The translations under genes were made by a program, and so were the position numbers. This document shows, in pieces, positions 17,666 to 27,489 of a stretch of DNA of 64,000 nt. How positions within the stretch are numbered: position 1 is the stretch's first letter; every line of letters begins with the position of its first letter. Source of the DNA: Rhodobacterales bacterium (lineage in GTDB: Bacteria; Pseudomonadota; Alphaproteobacteria; Rhodobacterales; Rhodobacteraceae). Below the pieces are notes generated by a model. That model was not told where the DNA came from, did not search any database, and saw only the letters and a list, made by a program, of their open reading frames with translations. The DNA lies in contig JAACUH010000067.1 of NCBI GenBank assembly GCA_009993005.1, forward strand, positions 6,848-70,847, written 5' to 3'.

Positions 17666-18621
17666 GCGGCTGGTTGCGGCGCAATGGCTGGGTCGCGGCG
17701 CTGGCCTTTGCCTTTGCCGCGCTGCTGGTCGCGACCAAGATCATCCAGCCGGGCTTTGGCGCCTCGGGTCTCGAATCACTGGCGCGCGCGGCGCTGCCTT
17801 TTGCCTTTGCCACGGCGGCCATGGCGGTGGTGGTGATCGCGGGCGGGATCGACCTGACCGTCGCCGCGGTGATGGCGGTGGCGGGGGTCACGTCCGCCGT
17901 GCTGATGCGCGACTGGGGCGTGGCCGGGACGGTGCCGGCGGTGATCGTGGTGCTGGCGCTGGGCGCGGTGATCGGCGCGATCAATGGTGCCGCCATCGTG
18001 CTGTCGCGCGCGCCCGACATCGTGGTGACGCTGGCGATGATGTATGTCTGGCAGGGCATGGCGCTGCTGATCCTCAACGGCCCCGGCGGCACGGCGACCC
18101 CCTGGCTGCGCGAAGTGATCCTCGGGGGCGTGCCCATTCCGGGCCTGCGCTGGCTGCCGCAGGCGGCGGTGGTGCTGGCCTTCGCGCTCGCGCTGGTCTG
18201 GCTGCCGCTCAAGCGCTCGCGGCCGGGCCTGTCGCTTTATGCCATCGGCAGCGACCAGACCGCCGCCTTCCGCTCGGGCGTCGCCATTGGCCCGACCAAG
18301 GTGTTGGCCTATGCCGTCTCGGGCCTCTTTGCCGCGATGGGCGGGCTGACGCTGACGCTCTCGACCGGCGTGGGCGAGCCGATCCCCGGGCCCTATCTGC
18401 TGGCCGCCGTGGCAGCGGTTGTGCTGGGCGGTGTCGCGCTCACCGGCGGGGTGGGCGGTATCCTCGGGCCGATCATCGCGGTGCTGATCCTGCGGCTGCT
18501 GCGGCTCGACCTGACGCTGCTGTCGGTTGACCCGAACGTGACCACGATCATCGAAGGCACCATCATGGCGGTCGTCGTGATGATCGGCGGTCTGCTCGCC
18601 ATTCGGAGGAAACGGGCATGA
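17662..18621 (+). CDS. sugar ABC transporter permease
   Basis: ORF track 17479..18621, trimmed to GTG 17662, which overlaps the ATPase stop (GTGA). The protein is multi-TM and RbsC-like. Confidence 0.85.
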   Translation: MSGWLRRNGWVAALAFAFAALLVATKIIQPGFGASGLESLARAALPFAFATAAMAVVVIAGGIDLTVAAVMAVAGVTSAVLMRDWGVAGTVPAVIVVLALGAVIGAINGAAIVLSRAPDIVVTLAMMYVWQGMALLILNGPGGTATPWLREVILGGVPIPGLRWLPQAAVVLAFALALVWLPLKRSRPGLSLYAIGSDQTAAFRSGVAIGPTKVLAYAVSGLFAAMGGLTLTLSTGVGEPIPGPYLLAAVAAVVLGGVALTGGVGGILGPIIAVLILRLLRLDLTLLSVDPNVTTIIEGTIMAVVVMIGGLLAIRRKRA

Positions 18622-19592
18622 CAACAGGCACTGTTCAGGCCCCGTTCGCCCGGATCGGCCGCCTGCTGCGCGACTATCCGATCATCGCGCTCTTGGTGCT
18701 GCTGGTGGCGCTGATCGTGCTGTTGCAGATCCTCAACCCCGGTATCATCAACCAGCGCTGGATCGGCAACACCATCAAGTTCGCGATCCCGCTCGCCATG
18801 CTGGCCGCCTGCCAGACCTTTACCATGTATACCGGTGGCATCGACCTTTCGGCGGCGGCAGTCGCCACCATCACCGCCTTTGTCATGGCGACGCAGGTGC
18901 CGCATCTGGGCGATGCGGCGGGGATCGCGCTGGCGCTGGTGCCGGCGGTGCTGATCGGGCTGCTCAACGGTTTTGGGGTGGGCATCTGCCGGGTGCATCC
19001 GCTGATCATGACGCTGGGGTCGGGGCTGATCGGGATCGGCTGTCTGCAGGTCTATCAACGCTCGACCATCGCGACGGGGTCCGCGATCCCGCCGGTTCTC
19101 GAATGGTTGGGGACGGGGCGCACATTCTGGCTGCCCAACGGGCTGTGGCTGTTCGTGCCCTTTGCCGCGCTGATGCTGTTCATCCAGCGGCGCACCGGAT
19201 TCGGGCGGCTCCTCTATGCGGTGGGCGCGAATGAAGGTGCGGCACGGCTGTCGGGGCTGCGGACCTGGCAGCTTTACTTTGCGCTCTACACGCTCTCCGC
19301 GCTGATCGCAGGGCTGACCGGGCTGCTTTATGCCGGGATCATCCGCACGACCTCCCTTTCGCTGGTCGAGCCGCTCTTGCTGCCTTCGGTCGCGGCGGCG
19401 GTGATCGGCGGCACGTCGATCTTTGGCGGGCGGGGGAGCTATGCCGGCACCATCGTCGGTGCGCTGATCCTGACGGTGCTGGGCACGCTGCTTACGCTGT
19501 TGCAGATGCCCGAGGGCGGGCGGCAGATCATCTTTGGCGGGATCATCCTCGCCGTCACGGCGATCTACATGCGCCTGACCGAAACCGGGTAA
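18618..19592 (+). CDS. sugar ABC transporter permease
   Basis: ORF 18618..19592 with an ATGA overlap with the preceding permease. It is multi-TM with a TMYTGGIDLS motif. Confidence 0.88.
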   Translation: MTTGTVQAPFARIGRLLRDYPIIALLVLLVALIVLLQILNPGIINQRWIGNTIKFAIPLAMLAACQTFTMYTGGIDLSAAAVATITAFVMATQVPHLGDAAGIALALVPAVLIGLLNGFGVGICRVHPLIMTLGSGLIGIGCLQVYQRSTIATGSAIPPVLEWLGTGRTFWLPNGLWLFVPFAALMLFIQRRTGFGRLLYAVGANEGAARLSGLRTWQLYFALYTLSALIAGLTGLLYAGIIRTTSLSLVEPLLLPSVAAAVIGGTSIFGGRGSYAGTIVGALILTVLGTLLTLLQMPEGGRQIIFGGIILAVTAIYMRLTETG

Positions 19593-19595
19593 GCG

Positions 19596-20702
19596 TCAGA
19601 GATCGACCCACTGCCCGCGCGCCTGCGAGCGATGCGCGGCGTCGATCACAAGGTTGACGGCATGACCATCGGCAAAGGTAGGCCAGACCGGCGCGCCGGT
19701 CTCGATCGCGCGCAGGAAATCGCGCGCCTCGATGATGATCTGGTCCTGATAGCCGGTGCCATGCCCCGGCCCCTGGCAAAAAGGCAGAAAGTCGGGATGC
19801 TCCGGCCCGGTCAGGATCTTGCGAAAGCCGCGCTGGCCGGGGGTGTCGTCGGCGAGGTAGAGCCAGAGCGCGTTCTGATCCTCTTGATCAAAGCGGATCG
19901 CCCCCTTGGTCCCTGTGATCTCATAGGCATAGCCCATCTTGCGGCCCAGCGCGACACGGCTGAACGACAGGTGCCCGATGGCGCCAGAGGCAAAGCGGCA
20001 CATGAACTGCCCGATGTCATCATTGGTGACGGTCACCGGTCCATCCGGGCCGGGCCGCGTGGCGTGAACGGTGGCGATATCGGCGCTGAGCCGCGCGATG
20101 GGGCCGATCAGCGCCAGCGCGGCGTTGATCATATGCGGGGCGAGGTCGCCCATGGTGCCATTGGCCTGCCCCTGATTGCGCCAGGTGGCGGGGCGGGTGG
20201 GGTCGGCGTCGAAATCCTCGCTATGTTCGCCGCGAAACCAGGTGATCTGGCCCAGCGCGCCGCTCTGCACCAGGTGGCGGACGTATTGCGAGGCGGGCGT
20301 GCGGATATAGTTGAAACCGACCATGTTGATCGCACCGCTGGCCTTTGCCGCGGCGACCATCGCGGCACTGTCGGCGAGCGAGGCGCCGAGCGGCTTTTCG
20401 CAGAACACCGGCTTGCCCAGGGCGCATGCGGCTTCGGCAATCGCGCGGTGCGTTTCCTGCGGCGAGGCGATCACGACGGCCTCGACGCCCGGATCGGCGA
20501 CCAACGCGCGCCAGTCGGCCGTCGCGCGGGCAAAGCCATAGGCGCGGCGGTAGTGCTCGGCCTTGTCCGGGGTTGTGGCGCAGACCATGTCGAGCCGGGG
20601 GCGCAGGGTGGTGTTGAACACCGCCCCGACCGCAGCCATCGCGACCGCATGCGCCTTGCCCATATAGCCACCGCCGACGATCCCGATCCCGATTTCGCGC
20701 AT
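19596..20702 (-). CDS. Gfo/Idh/MocA family oxidoreductase
   Basis: ORF track 19596..20954, trimmed to ATG 20702 (MREIGIGIVGGGYMGKAH Rossmann start, CEKPLG motif). Confidence 0.85.
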   Translation of the reverse strand: MREIGIGIVGGGYMGKAHAVAMAAVGAVFNTTLRPRLDMVCATTPDKAEHYRRAYGFARATADWRALVADPGVEAVVIASPQETHRAIAEAACALGKPVFCEKPLGASLADSAAMVAAAKASGAINMVGFNYIRTPASQYVRHLVQSGALGQITWFRGEHSEDFDADPTRPATWRNQGQANGTMGDLAPHMINAALALIGPIARLSADIATVHATRPGPDGPVTVTNDDIGQFMCRFASGAIGHLSFSRVALGRKMGYAYEITGTKGAIRFDQEDQNALWLYLADDTPGQRGFRKILTGPEHPDFLPFCQGPGHGTGYQDQIIIEARDFLRAIETGAPVWPTFADGHAVNLVIDAAHRSQARGQWVDL

Positions 20703-20817
20703 GGCAGGGCCCTCCTCGGTTTGCAACCGGTTGCAAGGTTGTAGCGTCCCAGCCTCGCGCGGGTCAATGGCCTTGGCCCGTCTCGCCAAATGCGGCGCAA
20801 GTGCTAGGTTTGTCGCC

Positions 20818-21492
20818 ATGATGCTGATCGTGACACCCGATACCGTGCGCAACCCGGAAGCGCTCAAGGTCCGGCAACTCCCACGCCGGTTCTTCAAGCG
20901 CGTGACACTGATCCCGCGCGGACGGGTGAGTGTGGGTCTGGCGCTGCGGATCATGGCCGAATTCCAGGTGCTGCGCTATATGCTGCCGCTCTTGCCGGTG
21001 GTGGCCATCGGGTTGATCTGGACCAATACCGCGCTGGCCCTGTCGCAGGCGCCCCTGCTGATGTTCCTGCTCATCTGGTGGGTAGAGATGCGGCTCTTGC
21101 GGGTGCCGGCAGGGCGGCGTCGGGCCTTGATAGACCCTGATGCGGCCGCGCGCGGGCTCGATCTTCTGGAGGTGCGCGGGCGGGCAGTGCTCGCAAGGGT
21201 GGCCGCCACGCGCGGGATGCGGGTGGGGCAGTTGCATCTGGTGGTCGAGCAGTCCGAACTCGGCCGCTTGCCGCCACTCACCTATGTCTCGGTCCAGTCC
21301 GAAGACGGGCCGGAGGTGGTCGCGCTCGATCCGTCCGAACGCGCGCAGATTGCCGCTGCGCTGTTTCAGCCGCCGCTGGACGAGCGCCTGCTGCACAGGA
21401 TCAATCAGGCCGAGGATGTTTTCCTGCGCGATGTCGTGCTGGATGCGCGGCAGGTGTCGGCCCATGCAAGGCTGGCGGCGGCGCTGGCTTAG
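20818..21492 (+). CDS. hypothetical membrane protein (two predicted TM helices)
   Basis: ORF track 20701..21492, trimmed to ATG 20818. The hydrophobic stretch is YMLPLLPVVAIGLIWTNTALALSQAPLLMFLLIWWV. I recognise no family. Confidence 0.5.
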   Translation: MMLIVTPDTVRNPEALKVRQLPRRFFKRVTLIPRGRVSVGLALRIMAEFQVLRYMLPLLPVVAIGLIWTNTALALSQAPLLMFLLIWWVEMRLLRVPAGRRRALIDPDAAARGLDLLEVRGRAVLARVAATRGMRVGQLHLVVEQSELGRLPPLTYVSVQSEDGPEVVALDPSERAQIAAALFQPPLDERLLHRINQAEDVFLRDVVLDARQVSAHARLAAALA

Positions 21493-21505
21493 CCTGCGGA
21501 AGCCT

Positions 21506-21535
21506 CCGGCGGGGATATTTTTGGCAAGATGAAGC
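21506..21535 (+). repeat. short structured repeat, degenerate copy (3' box only: CCGGCGGGGATATTTTTGGCAAGATGAAGC)
   Basis: Read directly. It lies in a convergent spacer between the hypothetical gene and the VWA gene. Confidence 0.6.
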
Positions 21536-21548
21536 CGGGACCGGCGCG

Positions 21549-22784
21549 TCAGGCGGTGAGGGTGATGACCTTGCCGAAAGATGGGGCTGGCGGGGTTCCG
21601 TCCGGCACGGCCCAGAGGACGGGCAGCGCGCGGGGCGGTGGGCCGGGGTCACCGTCGAGGTCGGTCAGGACCACGAGCGCGGAGGGGCGCAGCGCCTGTG
21701 CGGCTGCAATCACAGGCGCGAACGCGGTGCCGCCGCCGCGTGGCATGTCCGGGCGTGGCATTTCGGCCTGTAAAGGGTCTATTTTCATGTGCAACCTGAC
21801 GGTGTCATCAAACACCAGCAGGTGCAGTTCCGCGCGGCAGCGAAGCGCGACGCCAGTGATCTCGCCCCAGAACAGCGCGAGGCGCGTATCGTCGATTGAC
21901 CCCGAGGCATCGAGCGCCAGCACGACGCGCGGCACGTCGGTCAGCGGGCGCTGGCCGGGCTCGAACCCCGGCGTCGGGGTGTCGGCGGCCAGGGCCTGCG
22001 CTGCGCCCGCGATCCAGCGGCGCGAGGGGCGGCGATGGCTCGGCTGCGGCTGAGCCAGCGCGGCCCGGGTGAGAAAGTGGCGCAGGATCACCTCCCACGG
22101 CGTGCGCGGCGTGGGAATGTCGGCGATGCGGTGGCCGATCAGCCCGATCCCGCGCCCTGCCGCCCGCCCCGCATCGAGGGCGCGGGTCAGGTGCTGGCGC
22201 CAGCGGGCGGCGGCCTCGACATCTCCTTCGGCGTCGGCATCGCCGCTTTCGGGGTCGAGGTCGGGGTCGAAACTGCGCGACCTTGCATAGGCGCGGGCGG
22301 TCTGACCGCCGCCCCCTTTGCCGGCATCGGGGCGCATCAGGCAATGATAGAGCCGTTCGACATCCCATTCCGCCAGCAGCTGTTGGGGCGGCATCTGCTT
22401 TCCGGTTGTCGCGCCGATCAGCTCTGTCGCGGTGACGGCGGGGCGGGGGAGGGCATAGGTGGACAGCAGCAGCGCCTCGTTCACCAGTGCATCGGCGGCG
22501 AGGTTGAAGAGCGCGGCGTCAAAGCCGGGGCCAAAGCGGGTCGCCAGCGCCTGCATCCGGGCGGAATGGCGCAGCGCGACATGCAGGATATGATGCGCGG
22601 CGAGGGCGATCTGTTCGTGCAACGGCCGCGCGGTGAAATCCGGGCCATATGTGATCACAACGCCGCTGCTGCGGGTCGCATCGCCATCCCGGTGGTCGCA
22701 CCAGAGCGAGAGCGCCGCCAAAGCAGGGTCTGTTTCGGCCAAACTCTGCAAGGCTCGACCAGCGCGGGCGCTGTGGCCGGTCAT
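21549..22784 (-). CDS. VWA-domain protein with N-terminal putative metallopeptidase-like domain (DUF2201-type architecture)
   Basis: ORF 21549..22784 with the MIDAS motif VLALDASGS in the C-terminal half. The N-terminal half has HHILHVALRH where relatives, as I recall, carry HExxH. It overlaps the MoxR gene by 4 nt. Confidence 0.7.
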   Translation of the reverse strand: MTGHSARAGRALQSLAETDPALAALSLWCDHRDGDATRSSGVVITYGPDFTARPLHEQIALAAHHILHVALRHSARMQALATRFGPGFDAALFNLAADALVNEALLLSTYALPRPAVTATELIGATTGKQMPPQQLLAEWDVERLYHCLMRPDAGKGGGGQTARAYARSRSFDPDLDPESGDADAEGDVEAAARWRQHLTRALDAGRAAGRGIGLIGHRIADIPTPRTPWEVILRHFLTRAALAQPQPSHRRPSRRWIAGAAQALAADTPTPGFEPGQRPLTDVPRVVLALDASGSIDDTRLALFWGEITGVALRCRAELHLLVFDDTVRLHMKIDPLQAEMPRPDMPRGGGTAFAPVIAAAQALRPSALVVLTDLDGDPGPPPRALPVLWAVPDGTPPAPSFGKVITLTA

Positions 22785-23887
22785 GCGGGGCGCGACGCCG
22801 CATAGGCGGCATAGGCGGCGGAGGTGCGGAACACTTCGGCCAGACCAAGCCCCAGCGCCTTGTCGATCAACAACTCAAAGCCGTAGGTGCAAAGTTCGCC
22901 CAGTGGCAGCCGGGCAAAGGCGGGGTCGTCGCGCTGGTCTGCCAGATGGCGCAGCCCCTCCATCACCTCGATGCTCTGCGGCAGCGTCTCGGCATTGGCG
23001 AGCGTGACGAGCGCATAGACCAGCGCGGTGAGGCCATGCAGGCTCGCCGGATAGAGCGCCCAGCGGTCGGCAGGGCGGGCGGCGAGCATGTCGGCCACCT
23101 GCACGGTCGCGGCGATATCCTCCGCGATCAGGATGAACTCGGCCGCCGCCGCCTCGCCCACCGTCCCGGCGATCAGCACATGGCGCAGCGCGCAATCGGG
23201 CACGGCGTTCAGGATCGTGCTGACGCGGGCCCAGGAGCGCGGCGTGCAGGCGATCATCTGGCCGCGGCGCAGCGCATCCTCGGTCGTGTCCAGCAGGTCG
23301 GGCCGCGTGCGGATGAAGGCGGTGACCGCCGGGTGCAGCCCGCGCGGCACGGCGTAACGGGCGAGCCAGTCGCCCGCCTCGGCGCGCAGCGACAGGTGGA
23401 TCAGCCGGTCAGAGAGCGCGGTGCCCATGTCATAGGCGACCGCGCCATCCTCGACCGCGTTGCCGGCTGCAACGATGAAGGTGCTTGCAGGCAAGAGGTG
23501 CCGCCCGACGCGGCGTTCCTGCAACAGGCCATAGACGGTCGGTTGCAGCGACGGCGCCGCGGCGGTGAGTTCGTCGAGAAACAGGATCGCGGGATGCGCG
23601 GGGTCGTCGGGCAGATCTTCGGGCCGATACCAGACGGTGCGCTGGCGGTCGTGGTCGTAAAAGGGCAGGCCGCGCAGGTCTTGTGGCTCGATCGTGGTCA
23701 GGCGCAGGTCAAAGAGGGTGGAGCCACTCTCGCTTGCCAGTTGTTGCACGATCTCGGTCTTGCCGATGCCGGGGCGACCGTGGAGCATCCATGACGCGGT
23801 CATGGTGCACGCGCGTTGCGCGGCGAGGCCGGCGCGCAGCGCATCGAGCGCCTGCCCCGCGCTGATCGGCGTGGTGTTGACGGCCAT
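22781..23887 (-). CDS. MoxR-like AAA+ ATPase
   Basis: ORF 22781..23887 with Walker A GRPGIGKT and Walker B ILFLDELT. Its size and layout are those of AAA_5/MoxR ATPases. Confidence 0.8.
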   Translation of the reverse strand: MAVNTTPISAGQALDALRAGLAAQRACTMTASWMLHGRPGIGKTEIVQQLASESGSTLFDLRLTTIEPQDLRGLPFYDHDRQRTVWYRPEDLPDDPAHPAILFLDELTAAAPSLQPTVYGLLQERRVGRHLLPASTFIVAAGNAVEDGAVAYDMGTALSDRLIHLSLRAEAGDWLARYAVPRGLHPAVTAFIRTRPDLLDTTEDALRRGQMIACTPRSWARVSTILNAVPDCALRHVLIAGTVGEAAAAEFILIAEDIAATVQVADMLAARPADRWALYPASLHGLTALVYALVTLANAETLPQSIEVMEGLRHLADQRDDPAFARLPLGELCTYGFELLIDKALGLGLAEVFRTSAAYAAYAASRPA

Positions 23888-23890
23888 GCC

Positions 23891-24655
23891 TCAGCCCTTC
23901 CACCGGGCGGCGGCGGCGCGGGCGCCGCGCTGCAACAGGGCGGTGTCGGTATCGACGGCGGTAAAGGTCGTGCCGGCGGCGATGGCGTCGGACAGGAAAC
24001 CGGGGTCGAGCGACAGGATGCCGGCAGGGGTGCCCGCAGCGACAATCCGGCGGATCGCATCGAGGATTGCGGCTTTGACCTCTGGATGGCCTGGGTTGCC
24101 CGGATGCCCCATGGAGGCGGCGAGGTCGGCGGGCCCGATAAAGATGCCATCGACACCATCCACCGCCGCAATAGCCTCGATTTGGGCCAATGCAGAGGCT
24201 GTTTCGACCTGCACCAGCAGGCAGACCTCTGCGTTGGCACGGGCCGTGTAATCGGGGATCGCGCCATAGCGGCTGGCGCGCGACAGGGCCGACACACCGC
24301 GCATGCCATGGGGCGGATAGCGCATGGCGGCGACGGCGCGCGCGGCTTCTTCGGCGGTCTGGACATAGGGCACGAGGATCGTCTGCGCGCTACTGTCGAG
24401 CAGGCGCTTGATCTCGACCGCGTCGTTCCAGCCGGGGCGGACGCCGAAATGCGTCGGATAGGGGGCGGTGGCCTGGAGCATGGCCAAGACGCGGCCCTGG
24501 TCGATCACGCTATGCTCTGTGTCGATCATCACCCAGTCGAACCCGCAATTCGCGAGCACCTCGGCCACGCCCGCGTCGGGCGTCGAACACCAGAGCCCGA
24601 TCTGCTGCTGTCCCGCCTGCAAGGCTGCCTTGAATTGGTTCTTCGGTAGTTCCAT
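23891..24655 (-). CDS. HpcH/HpaI-family 2-keto-3-deoxy-acid aldolase
   Basis: ORF track 23891..24661 (GTG); the first ATG is at 24655. [11 protein letters not shown] and VQVETASAL are typical of this family. Confidence 0.85.
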   Translation of the reverse strand: MELPKNQFKAALQAGQQQIGLWCSTPDAGVAEVLANCGFDWVMIDTEHSVIDQGRVLAMLQATAPYPTHFGVRPGWNDAVEIKRLLDSSAQTILVPYVQTAEEAARAVAAMRYPPHGMRGVSALSRASRYGAIPDYTARANAEVCLLVQVETASALAQIEAIAAVDGVDGIFIGPADLAASMGHPGNPGHPEVKAAILDAIRRIVAAGTPAGILSLDPGFLSDAIAAGTTFTAVDTDTALLQRGARAAAARWKG

Positions 24656-24798
24656 GGTCACGCCCCTCGCCCGTCATTCGATGTGACCAGACCATCCGGG
24701 CGGGCGTTTTGCAACGGCGCCCATGGCCCTTTTGGCTTGACCGCGCCGCGCACGGGTGCACATCGTCGTGGCGTTCATCGTCACGCAGAGGATCCGCC

Positions 24799-26637
24799 AT
24801 GCCCGCCTACCGTTCCCGCACCACCACCCATGGCCGCAACATGGCCGGCGCCCGTGGCCTCTGGCGTGCGACGGGGATGAAGGATGGCGATTTCGGCAAG
24901 CCGATCATCGCCATCGTCAACAGCTTTACCCAATTCGTGCCCGGCCATGTCCACCTCAAGGATCTGGGCCAGCTCGTCGCGCGCGAGGTCGAGGCGGCGG
25001 GCGGCGTGGCGAAAGAGTTCAACACCATCGCGGTGGATGACGGCATCGCCATGGGGCACGACGGGATGCTCTATTCGCTGCCCTCGCGCGAGCTGATCGC
25101 CGACAGTGTCGAATATATGGTGAACGCCCATTGTGCCGATGCCATGGTCTGCATCAGCAATTGCGACAAGATCACGCCGGGGATGCTGATGGCCGCGATG
25201 CGGCTCAACATTCCGGCCGTGTTCGTCTCTGGCGGGCCGATGGAGGCGGGCAAGGTCGTGCTCAAGGGCAAGAATGTCGCGCTCGACCTCGTGGATGCCA
25301 TGGTCGCCGCTGCCGATGATGCGATGACCGACGCCGAGGTCGATGCGATCGAGGCCGCCGCCTGTCCGACCTGCGGGTCATGCTCTGGCATGTTCACCGC
25401 CAATTCGATGAACTGCCTGACCGAGGCGCTGGGCCTGTCGCTGCCCGGCAATGGCTCCACACTCGCCACCCATGCCGACCGCAAGCGGCTTTTCGTCGAG
25501 GCGGGGCACACCATCGTCGATATCACCAAGCGCTATTACGAGCAGGACGACACCACAGTGCTGCCGCGCAACATCGCCACCAAGGCGGCGTTCGAGAATG
25601 CCATGGCGCTGGACATCGCGATGGGCGGGTCCACCAATACCGTGCTGCACATCCTCGCGACAGCGCATGAAGGTGGCGTCGATTTCACCATGGCGGATAT
25701 CGACCGGTTGTCACGGCAGATCCCCGTGCTGTGCAAGGTCGCCCCGGCCAAATCCGACGTGCATATGGAGGATGTCCACCGCGCCGGCGGGATCATGGCG
25801 ATCCTCGGTCAGCTTGATGCGGCGGGGCTGCTGCACCGTGACACCTATACCGTGCACGCGCCGACGCTGGGCGCAGCTATCGACCATTGGGACATCAGCC
25901 GCAGCAACCAGCAATCGGTGCGCGACTTTTTCATGGCCGCCCCCGGTGGCGTGCCGACGCAGACCGCCTTCAGCCAGTCCGAGCGGTGGGATGACCTCGA
26001 CCTCGACCGCGAACATGGGGTGATCCGGTCGGCCAAGACCCCGTTCTCGCGCGATGGCGGGCTGGCGGTGCTGTCAGGCAACCTCGCGCCCGAGGGCTGC
26101 ATCGTGAAAACAGCGGGGGTGGATGACAGTATCCTCGTCTTTACCGGCCCCGCCCGCGTGTTCGAGAGCCAGAATGACGCCGTCGCCGCGATCCTGTCGA
26201 ACAAGATCCGCGAAGGCGATGTGCTGGTGATCCGCTACGAGGGGCCCAAGGGCGGGCCGGGGATGCAGGAAATGCTTTACCCCACCAGCTACCTCAAGTC
26301 GCGGGGGCTGGGCAAAGCCTGCGCTCTCATCACTGACGGGCGGTTTTCGGGGGGCACGTCGGGCCTCTCCATCGGCCATGTCTCGCCCGAGGCGGCGTCG
26401 GGCGGGATGATCGGGCTGGTGGCCGAGGGCGACCGGATCGAGATCGACATTCCCGCGCGCAGCATCACGCTTGCCGTGCCCGAGGCCGAGCTGGCTGCGC
26501 GCCGCGCCGCGCAAGAGGCCGCCGGGTGGAAGCCCGCGAAGGTCCGCCCGCGCAAGATCACGCAGGCGCTGCGGGCCTATGGGCTGTTTGCGACCTCGGC
26601 CGCGACAGGTGCCGTGCGCAAGCTGCCGGAGGAATAG
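24799..26637 (+). CDS. ilvD: dihydroxy-acid dehydratase
   Basis: ORF track 24709..26637, trimmed to ATG 24799 ([26 protein letters not shown]...). The CDKITPGM motif is present and the protein is 612 aa. Confidence 0.92.
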   Translation: MPAYRSRTTTHGRNMAGARGLWRATGMKDGDFGKPIIAIVNSFTQFVPGHVHLKDLGQLVAREVEAAGGVAKEFNTIAVDDGIAMGHDGMLYSLPSRELIADSVEYMVNAHCADAMVCISNCDKITPGMLMAAMRLNIPAVFVSGGPMEAGKVVLKGKNVALDLVDAMVAAADDAMTDAEVDAIEAAACPTCGSCSGMFTANSMNCLTEALGLSLPGNGSTLATHADRKRLFVEAGHTIVDITKRYYEQDDTTVLPRNIATKAAFENAMALDIAMGGSTNTVLHILATAHEGGVDFTMADIDRLSRQIPVLCKVAPAKSDVHMEDVHRAGGIMAILGQLDAAGLLHRDTYTVHAPTLGAAIDHWDISRSNQQSVRDFFMAAPGGVPTQTAFSQSERWDDLDLDREHGVIRSAKTPFSRDGGLAVLSGNLAPEGCIVKTAGVDDSILVFTGPARVFESQNDAVAAILSNKIREGDVLVIRYEGPKGGPGMQEMLYPTSYLKSRGLGKACALITDGRFSGGTSGLSIGHVSPEAASGGMIGLVAEGDRIEIDIPARSITLAVPEAELAARRAAQEAAGWKPAKVRPRKITQALRAYGLFATSAATGAVRKLPEE

Positions 26638-27486
26638 TCACAGCGCGTCGCGGATCAGCCCGGCGACGACCTCTGGCGCCTCCTCATGCGCGAGATGGCC
26701 GAGGCCGGGCAGGTCGATCACCGTCGCATCCGCGAACCGCGCCGCTGCGTCGTGACTGGTGCGCGGCGGCACGGCGCGGTCGCCCGCCGCCGCGATCAGC
26801 GTGACCCGGGCCCGCAAGTCGGGCAGGCGGGCGAGCAGCCCATCGAGCCGCCATTGCGCCATCATCGCCAGCGTGCCGTCCACATGCGCCCGGTCCTGCG
26901 CGAGCCGCAGGTAAAGCGCGCGCCCCTCGGGGTCGAGCGTGGAGCCCGTCCCCGCGATCAGGCTCCGCACCGTCGCCTCGGTCGCGGTCGCGGCAAAGGC
27001 GCCGGCGGTAAAGGGCGCCAGCGCCAGCACCTTGGCCAGGGCGGGAAACAGCCAGCCCGCCACGCCCTTGAAATTCGCGAGTGCCGCGTTGAGGCCGATC
27101 ACCTGCCCGTCCGGACAGGTGCCGATCTCGGCCAGCCGAAGCGCCACCGCAGCACCCGCCGAATGCCCGATGATCGCGCGCGGCTGCCAGCCCTGTGCGG
27201 TTGCAAGTGACGCGATATCTTCGGCCATATGGTCGAGCCCGCAGCGTTGCCGCGCGCCAAGTTGGGTAAATCCCTGCCCCGGCAGGTCGATCGCCACGAC
27301 ATGATGGGTCTGCACCAGCAGCGGAAACAGCCCGCGCCAGCTTTGCGTGGCGCCGCCTGCGCCGTGGATGAGCAGCAGCGTGTCGCCTTGGCCCGCCTCC
27401 TGCACATGCCAGCGGTGCGGACGGTGCAGCACAATGCGGGAATGTTCGGCCATCGGCCAGCCTTGCGCGTCCTGCGGCCAGCGCAT
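26638..27486 (-). CDS. bchO: magnesium chelatase accessory protein BchO (alpha/beta hydrolase)
   Basis: ORF 26638..27486 with the GHSAGA nucleophile elbow. It lies directly downstream of bchD, as in Rhodobacter PGCs. Confidence 0.85.
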   Translation of the reverse strand: MRWPQDAQGWPMAEHSRIVLHRPHRWHVQEAGQGDTLLLIHGAGGATQSWRGLFPLLVQTHHVVAIDLPGQGFTQLGARQRCGLDHMAEDIASLATAQGWQPRAIIGHSAGAAVALRLAEIGTCPDGQVIGLNAALANFKGVAGWLFPALAKVLALAPFTAGAFAATATEATVRSLIAGTGSTLDPEGRALYLRLAQDRAHVDGTLAMMAQWRLDGLLARLPDLRARVTLIAAAGDRAVPPRTSHDAAARFADATVIDLPGLGHLAHEEAPEVVAGLIRDAL

Positions 27487-27489
27487 GAC

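Noticed and set aside
21549-23887. MoxR/VWA pair as a phage-defence or conflict system
   Set aside because: There is no third component, effector (nuclease, protease, TIR or similar) or mobile-element context. The pair is embedded between metabolic genes, so a chaperone or activase role is more parsimonious.
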